Source: a virus. Taken from it: a stretch of DNA of 64,000 bases. The stretch lies in IMG/VR virus record IMGVR_UViG_3300029243_000160, positions 64,001 to 128,000 of that record; one strand, given 5' to 3'. Made by a program: the position numbers and the translations under genes. The stretch's first letter is position 1. Each line of letters begins with the position of its first letter. The notes beneath the pieces are model-generated. The model had not been told where the DNA came from. It ran no database searches and saw nothing but the letters and a program-made list of their open reading frames with translations. Positions 1-7,170 of the stretch are shown in pieces.

Positions 1-1993
1 TTTTTCCTGCCTTAGACTTGAAAGTGTACGCTTTGGTTTTGCCTTTGGCAATCAAATCTGCAAGGTCAGTTTCTTTCATTTTGTGTCCGCAGATTTCCAG
101 CCCGAATGAGAACTTACAGTCACAATACCAACCGTATCTTCCGAACTTCAACTGCTTGCCACAAGCAGGGCAATCGTATGTGTTGCTCGAACCACTCTTG
201 CCAAATCCGGCAAGATTTTCTTTGTTGCCGGAAATAATTTTCTTGGTCGTGTCAGCCACATACTGATTGACGATTTCCATGTACTCCGGAAACGCAAGCT
301 CTCCAGATGCAACTGCATTCAGCTTTGCTTCCATGTCTGCCGTTTTCAAAGGACTGATAAGAGCTTCATCGTATCGTTCTACAATCGGAATGACTGCCTT
401 ACCGAACTCAGTTGGAGAAACTTTCTGCTTTTTGTCAACATCAATAAAGCCTTTGTCCTGTAGCTTCTCGATGATGGCAGCTCTGGTTGCCGATGTGCCA
501 ATGCCACAAGTCTTAATCTGCTCTCGAAGTTCTTCATCTTCAATCAGCTTTCCGGCTTTTTCCATTGCCATGACAAGTGTACCAGTCGTGTAAGCAACAG
601 GTGGTTTTGTTTCCAGATTTCTGAGTGTAAATATTGCCGGAATCGTGTTGCCTTTTAACGGAACTTCTCTGTCTGCCACATCTTCTTCATTGACAGATTC
701 CTTGAATCCAGTCTGCTTGATTTTTCGGAATGAATCGAAGAATCGTTCTTTGTTGGAATGCAGATATGTGATAGAAACTGCATCATAGACAAACGGTGGT
801 TTCATCGTGTCCATGAAGCGTTTAAGAACTGCCTGATACACTTTTTCTTCCAGTCCGGACAGCATCGAAGCATTTCCGTGAAAGGTCGGAATGATAGCAT
901 AGTGGTCTGTCACTTTGCTGTCATCAATGTATCTCTGAGGAACATTGTACCCCTTTGATTTCAGTTCAACAGCAACCGCAGATGAAAGGAAACGGCAATC
1001 TGTTCGGGGATAGGTTGTAAACTTTTTCTCGTAAAGGCTCTGAGCAATCGACAGTGCGTTTGCCGGAGAAATTTTGTAAGTCTTTGAACAATACGCCTGC
1101 AAGTCTGCAAGGTTGAACAGATACGGTGCATACTCTGTCTTCTGCTGCACCTTTACATCTTCGACTGTCAGCTTCTGGTCTTGCATCAGTTCAGTAACCA
1201 GAGCATCTGCTTTTTCCTTTTTCAGAAAACCGTTTTCATTGTACAGGTCGTCACTCTCAAAAAAGCGACTTCTCTTTTCTGCTTTCCAGAAGATATTTTC
1301 TCCAGCCTTGATTCCATAGTAGTAGGTCTTCGTGAAATTTTCAATTTCTTTCTGACGCTGCACAATCATTGCCAGCGTTGGTGTCATAACACGACCTGTA
1401 TTGAGTGTCTTGCCACTGGTCAATGTAAACGCTTCTGTGAAATTCATTCCAATCAGCCAGTCTGACATTGCTCGTGCGTAACCGCTGTCAACCATATGCT
1501 GATAGCTGTTGTATGGCTTTGCATCTCGGATTCCACCCAGAATTGATTCTTCTGTGTAACTGTCAATCCAAACAACACGTTCATCAAGCTTCGGTGCAGT
1601 CTTAAAAATCTGATTTCGGATAAGAGCCTGAATGTAGATTCCTTCTCGTCCGCTATCACCTGCGTAGTAAATTGCACCAACATCTTTTCTGGTGTACAGT
1701 GACTTTACAATCTTGAACTGCTTGTATGTAGATTTCTGTGGTTCATACTTGAACTGCTGAGGAATCATCGGCAGTTTATCCGTACTCCATCTACCACCCC
1801 ATTCCGGATTTTGCTCTTCCGGAGAAGAAATGCCAATCAAGTGACCAACTGCCCATGTGATAATGACATCTTTTTTCAGAACAGGGGAATAGCCTTCGAT
1901 ATAACCGTCCGTTTTCTCGTGGCTCTGAATCTGTAACACTTTACGATATTCCTGAGCAACAGACGGCTTTTCCGTAATAAAAATCGTTTTCAT
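1..1993 (-). CDS. topB: DNA topoisomerase III (type IA); C-terminal end runs off the left edge
   Basis: Absent from ORF track (no stop inside window). My translation from ATG 1993-1991 (RBS GAAAGGAA) reads MKTIFITEKPSVAQEYRKVL..., a Toprim-type N-terminus typical of type IA topoisomerases. It stays open to position 1 and ends in zinc-ribbon-like CPACGKQLKFGRYGWYCDCKFSFGLEICGH. ATGA overlap with upstream ORF stop. Confidence 0.85.
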   Translation of the reverse strand, partial: MKTIFITEKPSVAQEYRKVLQIQSHEKTDGYIEGYSPVLKKDVIITWAVGHLIGISSPEEQNPEWGGRWSTDKLPMIPQQFKYEPQKSTYKQFKIVKSLYTRKDVGAIYYAGDSGREGIYIQALIRNQIFKTAPKLDERVVWIDSYTEESILGGIRDAKPYNSYQHMVDSGYARAMSDWLIGMNFTEAFTLTSGKTLNTGRVMTPTLAMIVQRQKEIENFTKTYYYGIKAGENIFWKAEKRSRFFESDDLYNENGFLKKEKADALVTELMQDQKLTVEDVKVQQKTEYAPYLFNLADLQAYCSKTYKISPANALSIAQSLYEKKFTTYPRTDCRFLSSAVAVELKSKGYNVPQRYIDDSKVTDHYAIIPTFHGNASMLSGLEEKVYQAVLKRFMDTMKPPFVYDAVSITYLHSNKERFFDSFRKIKQTGFKESVNEEDVADREVPLKGNTIPAIFTLRNLETKPPVAYTTGTLVMAMEKAGKLIEDEELREQIKTCGIGTSATRAAIIEKLQDKGFIDVDKKQKVSPTEFGKAVIPIVERYDEALISPLKTADMEAKLNAVASGELAFPEYMEIVNQYVADTTKKIISGNKENLAGFGKSGSSNTYDCPACGKQLKFGRYGWYCDCKFSFGLEICGHKMKETDLADLIAKGKTKAYTFKSKAGK

Positions 1994-2361
1994 TCTTCCG
2001 TATTCCTTTCTGCGATTTTTTCAAGTTCAGCAACACAGTCCAAGTATGGCTTGTGTTGTTTTTTCTGAACTTCCGGTTTTTTTTCTGTCGGCGTATCTTT
2101 GGAAAGCACGTCCCACTTTTCCTGCACATTTTCAAAGAAATGCACGAACTTATCCAGTGCTTCTTTGTTGCAGAAATGCAGTGTTGACCATTGCCCTTCA
2201 ATATCTGCTAAGTCAATTTTTGCATCGTCTTCTTCTGCTCCGGCATACTCACAAATCGCCACACTGATACCGCCAAGCATTTTGTTGTGATACCCGACAA
2301 GGCATTTCTTGTGTCCTTTGACACCAAACAGAATCATCGTTGGATATGTTTTTCTGCTCAT
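1990..2361 (-). CDS. hypothetical protein (123 aa)
   Basis: ORF track. Stop overlaps topB start (ATGA) and start overlaps stop of the upstream ORF, so it looks like a translationally coupled operon. No motif recognised. Confidence 0.6.
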   Translation of the reverse strand: MSRKTYPTMILFGVKGHKKCLVGYHNKMLGGISVAICEYAGAEEDDAKIDLADIEGQWSTLHFCNKEALDKFVHFFENVQEKWDVLSKDTPTEKKPEVQKKQHKPYLDCVAELEKIAERNTEE

Positions 2362-2777
2362 TCGTCCACCTCGTCTTCGTCATACTCTTCATATTCATCG
2401 AAGTCACCGAGTTCGTGTTCCAGATTCTCCAGAAACTGTCCGTACTCCTGCTTTCTCTGCTTACGGTCTTTTGATGACATTTTTGTCATATCAGCTCTCT
2501 GGAGCAATTCGTTCCGGTCTGTGTCATCATCTTCTTCTGCAAAACCGTTGATAATGTCGTCAAGCTTTTCTTCTTTTCTTTTGTGTCTGATATACAGCCA
2601 GATAGAAACGCCCATACAGGCAAAGAAAATGATTGCGAACAGCCAAAGTTGTCGGATTCTCAACAAACAAAGTACGCCAATAATGCCATACAGAATTGCC
2701 TGTTTCAAATTGCTGGAAGAACGAACTGTTTTCGGCTTATACCGATTTCTGTTTTCGATAGGATTATCAAAAAACAA
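2358..2777 (-). CDS. small membrane protein with acidic C-terminal tail
   Basis: TTG start with GAAAGGAGAG RBS 6 nt upstream. Hydrophobic helices (ILYGIIGVLCLL, LWLFAIIFFACMGVSIWLYI) followed by a D/E-rich tail. Confidence 0.55.
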   Translation of the reverse strand: MFFDNPIENRNRYKPKTVRSSSNLKQAILYGIIGVLCLLRIRQLWLFAIIFFACMGVSIWLYIRHKRKEEKLDDIINGFAEEDDDTDRNELLQRADMTKMSSKDRKQRKQEYGQFLENLEHELGDFDEYEEYDEDEVDE

Positions 2778-2798
2778 CTTTTTCTCTCCTTTCTACGC

Positions 2799-3152
2799 TT
2801 AAAACGGAAGCTCTCCCTCTGAGATGATTTCTTCAAAATCCCCAAGGTTTCCAAGTTCGGAAAGCTGCTGTTCCGTAAGCTGATTGTTTTTCGCAGGGCT
2901 TTGTGCAACTGGCTTCCAACCGGAAACCGCATTTGTTTGTTTTGGCTTTCCCCAGCTGGAAGGCTTTTCAGCAGCTGGTGCAGAAGTTGTCGAAGGCGTT
3001 GAAGCTTTTGCAGGCTGTGCCTTGCTCGCTCCATTTACCCACGCTGAAACACGCTGGGCGTTTTTTGCTTTCTTTATGATGTCCTGCTCTGATGCAGACG
3101 GATTCTCAATTGTGATAATTGTTGCTCCGTCTTTTTCTGTAATTGTCAACAT
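2799..3152 (-). CDS. small protein with SSB-like C-terminal tip (…DFEEIISEGELPF)
   Basis: ATG 3152 with AAGGAGAG RBS. Short N-terminal domain, P/A/S/T-rich linker, then an acidic tail ending ELPF, like the conserved DDD(I/L)PF tip of bacterial SSB. No OB-fold-length domain is present. Confidence 0.6.
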   Translation of the reverse strand: MLTITEKDGATIITIENPSASEQDIIKKAKNAQRVSAWVNGASKAQPAKASTPSTTSAPAAEKPSSWGKPKQTNAVSGWKPVAQSPAKNNQLTEQQLSELGNLGDFEEIISEGELPF

Positions 3153-3164
3153 TTACATCTCTCC

Positions 3165-3506
3165 TTATGCTTTGAAGCATCTGTTGCGGTCGATGGTGAA
3201 ACGGCTTGTGTTCCCAACTTTTCCGATTGTCACAAGGTCGGTGTATCGCTCTCGGAACAACCGAATTGCTCGTGCTACAGAAGCTTTTGAGTAATGCAGT
3301 GCCTGTGCAATCGTGTCAAGACTGCATACAAGCTCGTTTTCATCGTCCATTTTGGAAATAATGAATGCCAGTACCATGCCTTCCCTTGTGTCATTCATCA
3401 GCAACTCTTCATAGCGTTCCTGATAACCATGCTCCATGATAAGAGCATTCTCGTACTGCCGTTCCTGAAATGTCCCATCTGGAAGCAATATCCGATTATT
3501 TTTCAT
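3165..3506 (-). CDS. winged-helix DNA-binding protein, RepL-like (short paralogue)
   Basis: Start trimmed to ATG 3506 (RBS GGGGTGA). HTH segment SLDTIAQALHYSKASVARAIRLFRE. Architecture parallels the upstream 162-aa protein and the gene lies next to the iteron region. Confidence 0.55.
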   Translation of the reverse strand: MKNNRILLPDGTFQERQYENALIMEHGYQERYEELLMNDTREGMVLAFIISKMDDENELVCSLDTIAQALHYSKASVARAIRLFRERYTDLVTIGKVGNTSRFTIDRNRCFKA

Positions 3507-3984
3507 CGTTATCACCCCATTCTTTCTTTGTAAGGATAATGTTTCCTTCAAACTCACAATACTGTACCTGATTTCCTTTGCCTTTCCACACTACATCAGG
3601 ATTGAGCAAGTACACGCTTGCACCGCCGCTTCTCTTGATTTGCAGAATGTTTTCTGATTCTAGCAAAGAGATTGCTCTCCTTACCGAAGACTTGGAAACA
3701 CCAAAGTATTCCATGAAAAACTGATAAGAAGTGACCAGTGCGTTTTTCTGATTCATCTTCTTCACAATCAAAAGATAAATTCTTGTTGCCAACGGAGAAT
3801 CTGCAATCTTCATCAGAACATCAAGCCTGTCAATGTTCTGCTGTGCAAATCTGCTGTATGCAGACTTTTCAGCTTGCTTTCTTTTTCGCATTTCTTCCTT
3901 TTCAGTTTCTCTCAGATACCGTTCTCGTTGCTCGAAAGTCATGTCAAAATCCTTTGTCTTTCCGACTGTGATTTCTTCTGCCAT
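3496..3984 (-). CDS. RepL-like plasmid replication / wHTH protein
   Basis: ATG 3984 with AAGGGAGAA RBS. ...YFGVSKSSVRRAISLLESENILQIKRSGGASVYLLNPDVVWKG resembles Firmicute RepL-type wHTH initiators. First gene transcribed away from the iteron array. Confidence 0.6.
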   Translation of the reverse strand: MAEEITVGKTKDFDMTFEQRERYLRETEKEEMRKRKQAEKSAYSRFAQQNIDRLDVLMKIADSPLATRIYLLIVKKMNQKNALVTSYQFFMEYFGVSKSSVRRAISLLESENILQIKRSGGASVYLLNPDVVWKGKGNQVQYCEFEGNIILTKKEWGDNDEK

Positions 3985-4044
3985 GCCATTTCTCCCTTGT
4001 ATCTATATGTCAGAGATGACAAACATCTGTTCACCTCTGATATT

Positions 4045-4099
4045 ATTATAGCATAGCAGTGTACATTTGTCAACTGTTAATCTGTATAATATCCGTTAT
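4045..4099 (-). promoter_or_regulatory. sigma-A-type promoter plus upstream ATAACGGATAT...ACAGA motif (drives RepL-like genes)
   Basis: Minus-strand read: ATAACGGATATTATACAGATTAA-cag-TTGACA-aatGTACACtgctatgc-TATAAT, with a 17-bp spacer. One of 8 copies of the same promoter class. Confidence 0.7.
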
Positions 4100-4168
4100 C
4101 ATTGATGAATCCATTTTTGTACACTATGACTATTGACTTTTCTGAAAAAATCGCTACACCCACAAGTA

Positions 4169-4207
4169 AGTAGTCACAGTATGAACACGTTAGTAGTCAC
4201 AGTATGA
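4169..4207. repeat. 16-bp direct repeat pair AGTAGTCACAGTATGA (x2, 23-bp period)
   Basis: Identical copies at 4169-4184 and 4192-4207, between the RepL-like promoter and the iterons. Candidate operator. Confidence 0.7.
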
Positions 4208-4267
4208 CTACTCACTTTTCCGAAAACAACGCAATTTCGCCATTCTTCAAAAACGCCCTCTTATATC

Positions 4268-5056
4268 TATAGACTTCTATATCATAGCCGGACATTCCAG
4301 TCCTCTCCTATCAGTTTTATTGTCCGGTTGCTATACAGATTCCATAGACTTCTATTTCGCTGTCGAACATATCGCATTCCAATAGACATCGAACATTCGA
4401 CTTCTACTAGAAATCTATGATATAGACTTCTCAAACGAAGCTACGCTTCGTGCTTCGCCTTCCGGCTCAGCGACTGTTTGTCTGTGAGGCAGGTGTCCCT
4501 TCTATCTATGGTTTACAATGTCAAGTGAGGTTGCAGTCTTTGGGACAGGAATAGAAGTCGATGACACAGCACTCCCTCTCTCAAAGAGCAGGGGTCAAGG
4601 GCTACTCCCTTGTCGCTGAAAGCGAAATTGCTTTCTTATCTCACAGACAGCACCATAGACACAACTTTCAGTAAACTTGCACATTGCTGTTAATCTCATA
4701 GACTGCATCATAGACACCCTTAGACTTCGTGACACCGGAGAATGCTGGTTCATAGACTGTACCATAGAATACACGAAATAAATTAAGACAGCAGATAATA
4801 ATAATTACGAATGTCTATGAGTAATTATTATTATCTAAACTAGACTTCTAAATAGCATTCTATATAGACTTCTAACTAGACTATGTATTCTATGATTTAG
4901 ACTTCTATTAGACTTCTAATAGATAACTATATAGCTTTCTATTAGACTTCTATATCTTATTTTCTATATAGATTGCTATATATAAATATCTATATAGATT
5001 TCTATTAGCTTTCTATTATTTCACTTGCTATATAGCATTCTATATAGATTTCTATG
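4268..5056. repeat. iteron array / candidate replication origin
   Basis: Perfect TAGACTTCTA at 4270, 4345, 4841, 4865, 4898, 4909 and 4943. Many variants (TAGATTTCTAT, TAGCTTTCTAT, TAGCATTCTAT, TAGATTGCTAT, CATAGAC...) and one inverted copy at 4551-4563. AT-rich, with no credible ORF. Confidence 0.75.
4793..4836. repeat. perfect 16-bp inverted repeat (AGATAATAATAATTAC / GTAATTATTATTATCT, 12-bp spacer)
   Basis: Read directly. Pure A/T-rich arms inside the iteron region, so a candidate unwinding or cruciform element. Confidence 0.7.
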
Positions 5057-5413
5057 AGGAAAGCTGTTCTTTTTGATATATATCTATGTTATTTCATATC
5101 ATCGTTATGTGATTGTTTATAAATATCACTGCTTGTGTATGTCGTTTCTAAAGCTTCTTAGAGCCGTTCTGAGGGCTTCTGAAAGCTATCTGCTAAATTT
5201 CATCACAAACACTACAGAAAGCATTACAGACCGCCTGTGGACGTTCTGAACGGCTTTTGGATTATCTCGAACTTCCTGCGTTGGAAAAAGATGCTCGTGG
5301 CGTAAATCCGTTTTTCCCTTAAACCTTACATATAGCAAGTGAGAACACGTTGAAGCCGTCCGTTGGTAAAGCGAATGGTTCTTGGAGATTTTACAAAGAA
5401 AGGAAGTTGTGAT

Positions 5414-5719
5414 ATGTGTTTGTCCCCTGATATTTATAAATACGGTTATCTCAAACAGGCTGATAAAGACAAGGTAGATATTGTGGAAATCGTGAAGCAG
5501 AGAACAATGGACGATTCCCTTGTGGAAGATTTCCTTGAAGCCAATCCTGCGGTCAGCTCTACGATGGAAAGTGTTTATGCAGAGTGCATCAGAAAGTTCC
5601 TTGCATATCAGCGTGAACGTGCGGAATATTACAAGGTCGATATAATTGTCGATTCCATTGATGGATATTCCGATGAAGAGTACCAAGCTCTCTGCGATAT
5701 GGCAGCAGCTGAAAAATGA
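5414..5719 (+). CDS. hypothetical protein (101 aa)
   Basis: ORF-track start 5363 is TTG without RBS. ATG 5414 is preceded by AAAGGAAG. Confidence 0.5.
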   Translation: MCLSPDIYKYGYLKQADKDKVDIVEIVKQRTMDDSLVEDFLEANPAVSSTMESVYAECIRKFLAYQRERAEYYKVDIIVDSIDGYSDEEYQALCDMAAAEK

Positions 5720-5733
5720 AAGGATTTATCGTG

Positions 5734-6279
5734 ATGAATAATTATAAATTAAACTGTGTCCCGATTCGGCAGGAACTGCTGGAGAAACTGGCGACTTTTG
5801 TAAGAGAAATGCTTCATGACATCAAAGGTTCTACTTCTCATGCGTATATCAATATGACTGCTGACGAGTTCTTATCGGTGTCTGATTCACACCTGAACTG
5901 GGAGAAAAGATGCCTGTCCAGTGAAGAAGACAAAGAACTCAGTGATAAGAGTTTTGATGATTTAGCTCTGATTAAGGACGCTATTATGCAGGAAGCTGAC
6001 TGCATTCCGGTTTTCCAGAATGATGAAGGCGAATGGTTCTACAATGTTCCGATTCCAGTTGTATGGAATGTTCCTGATACAGATAATGCGGTAATTCACG
6101 AACCGGAATACCTGTCTGACATAATGGAAACTATCTCCGAACTAAAAAACCCAGAAGCCAAAGAAACAACAGCACACAAAAAGGAAGGTAAAAACATGAA
6201 AAAGGCAATTATAATTACAACTGGCGTTTTAGCCATTATCGGCACTGTTGGTGCAATCGTTTACAAGAAAAGAAAGTAA
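5734..6279 (+). CDS. hypothetical protein with C-terminal transmembrane anchor
   Basis: ATG 5734 preceded by GAAAGGA (9-nt spacing); the alternative ATG 5716 lacks an RBS. C-terminal hydrophobic helix AIIITTGVLAIIGTVGAIVY followed by KKRK. Confidence 0.6.
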   Translation: MNNYKLNCVPIRQELLEKLATFVREMLHDIKGSTSHAYINMTADEFLSVSDSHLNWEKRCLSSEEDKELSDKSFDDLALIKDAIMQEADCIPVFQNDEGEWFYNVPIPVVWNVPDTDNAVIHEPEYLSDIMETISELKNPEAKETTAHKKEGKNMKKAIIITTGVLAIIGTVGAIVYKKRK

Positions 6280-6481
6280 GTGCGAACCGGAAGTTCCAGA
6301 AAAATGCTGGGACGTTCGCAGTTCAAACTAAGGCGACTTAACGTCTTTGAGCCGAGATAGTGTGCGTAATCCTCTCTCTGGAGAGTAGCATTCACTCTCG
6401 GCAAGGTAAACTGCAAGACGCAGTTTGAAATCCTGCACATAAAATCCGTGCAGGCATCTTGTAAATATGTGCATCTTTGCT

Positions 6482-6713
6482 GTTGCAACTTGTGCGTATC
6501 TGCGAGATGTAAGTTACCCGACCTGCCCTCGTCGGTGAACTCCCCGAGTTGCAACTTGTGCGTATCTGCGAGATGTAAGTTAAATGACAGCTTTTGTTTT
6601 TTACCGTTGATAAGTTGCAACTTGTGCGTATCTGCGAGATGTAAGGAGAATACAAAAGACACGATACTGCCAGCAACACCGGTTGCAACTTGTGCGTATC
6701 TGCGAGATGTAAG
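6482..6713 (+). CRISPR. orphan CRISPR-like mini-array: 4 x 32-bp repeat, 3 spacers
   Basis: Identical GTTGCAACTTGTGCGTATCTGCGAGATGTAAG at 6482-6513, 6548-6579, 6614-6645 and 6682-6713. Unique spacers of 34, 34 and 36 bp. Internal hairpin GTATCT-GCG-AGATGT. No cas genes in the window, and strand is not resolved. Confidence 0.7.
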
Positions 6714-6769
6714 CTATAAGGAGTTAAAGCCTTTAACAAAACAAAATAACAAGAAAGCAGGAATATAAA

Positions 6770-7141
6770 ATGAATGTTGCTGAAAAGACAATTGCAAAAA
6801 TTGCAAAGGAGCAGAAAAAGCTTGACACTTTGGTTGCCAAGCGTAATGAATACAATGCCAATGTTCAGGCGAAGCTGGACAGCATGAATGAGGACATCAA
6901 AGAGCAGAAAGCGGTTATTGCTGAACTCCGCAAGCAGGAAAAGGCTGAGAAGCTGGAAGCTATCAGCACTATGATGAATGACAAGGGCATTTCTGTAGAC
7001 GACCTGCTCAATGCGGTTGCAAACAACGACTTGTATGCAATTCAGGAATCAATGGAATCTTCCGAAAAGTCTGCAAGCGATTCCGAAAATACCGCTGGTG
7101 ATGACACTGCTGAAACGGTAAGTGCAAGCGATATTTTTTAA
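6770..7141 (+). CDS. coiled-coil protein with acidic tail
   Basis: ORF track. Heptad-like K/E/Q-rich N-terminal 70 aa and an acidic S/D/E tail. Confidence 0.65.
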   Translation: MNVAEKTIAKIAKEQKKLDTLVAKRNEYNANVQAKLDSMNEDIKEQKAVIAELRKQEKAEKLEAISTMMNDKGISVDDLLNAVANNDLYAIQESMESSEKSASDSENTAGDDTAETVSASDIF

Positions 7142-7170
7142 GAAAAATCACTCAAAAAAAGGATTGATAT

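Noticed and set aside
5186-5686. 166-aa minus-strand ORF at the edge of the origin region
   Set aside because: It has no RBS, overlaps the better-supported plus-strand gene 5414-5719, and points into the iteron field.
6482-6713. Alternative reading of the four 32-bp repeats as a partition centromere or iteron set
   Set aside because: This is not fully excluded. However, there is no ParA, ParM or TubZ gene nearby. Repeat and spacer sizes and unique spacers fit CRISPR better, and true iterons of a different sequence already exist at 4268-5056.
6261-6768. Three ORF-track ORFs (6261-6662 minus, 6392-6739 minus, 6448-6768 plus) with internally repeated peptides (LHLADTHKLQ, CNLCVSARCK)
   Set aside because: They are translations of the 32-bp CRISPR-like repeats. 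The periodic identity at the nucleotide level and the lack of an RBS argue against coding.
6770-7141. H-NS N-terminal-like oligomerisation protein (coiled coil followed by GISVDDLLNAV, cf. H-NS GIDPNELLNS)
   Set aside because: The similarity is short, and Firmicutes lack H-NS. I kept it as a generic coiled-coil protein.
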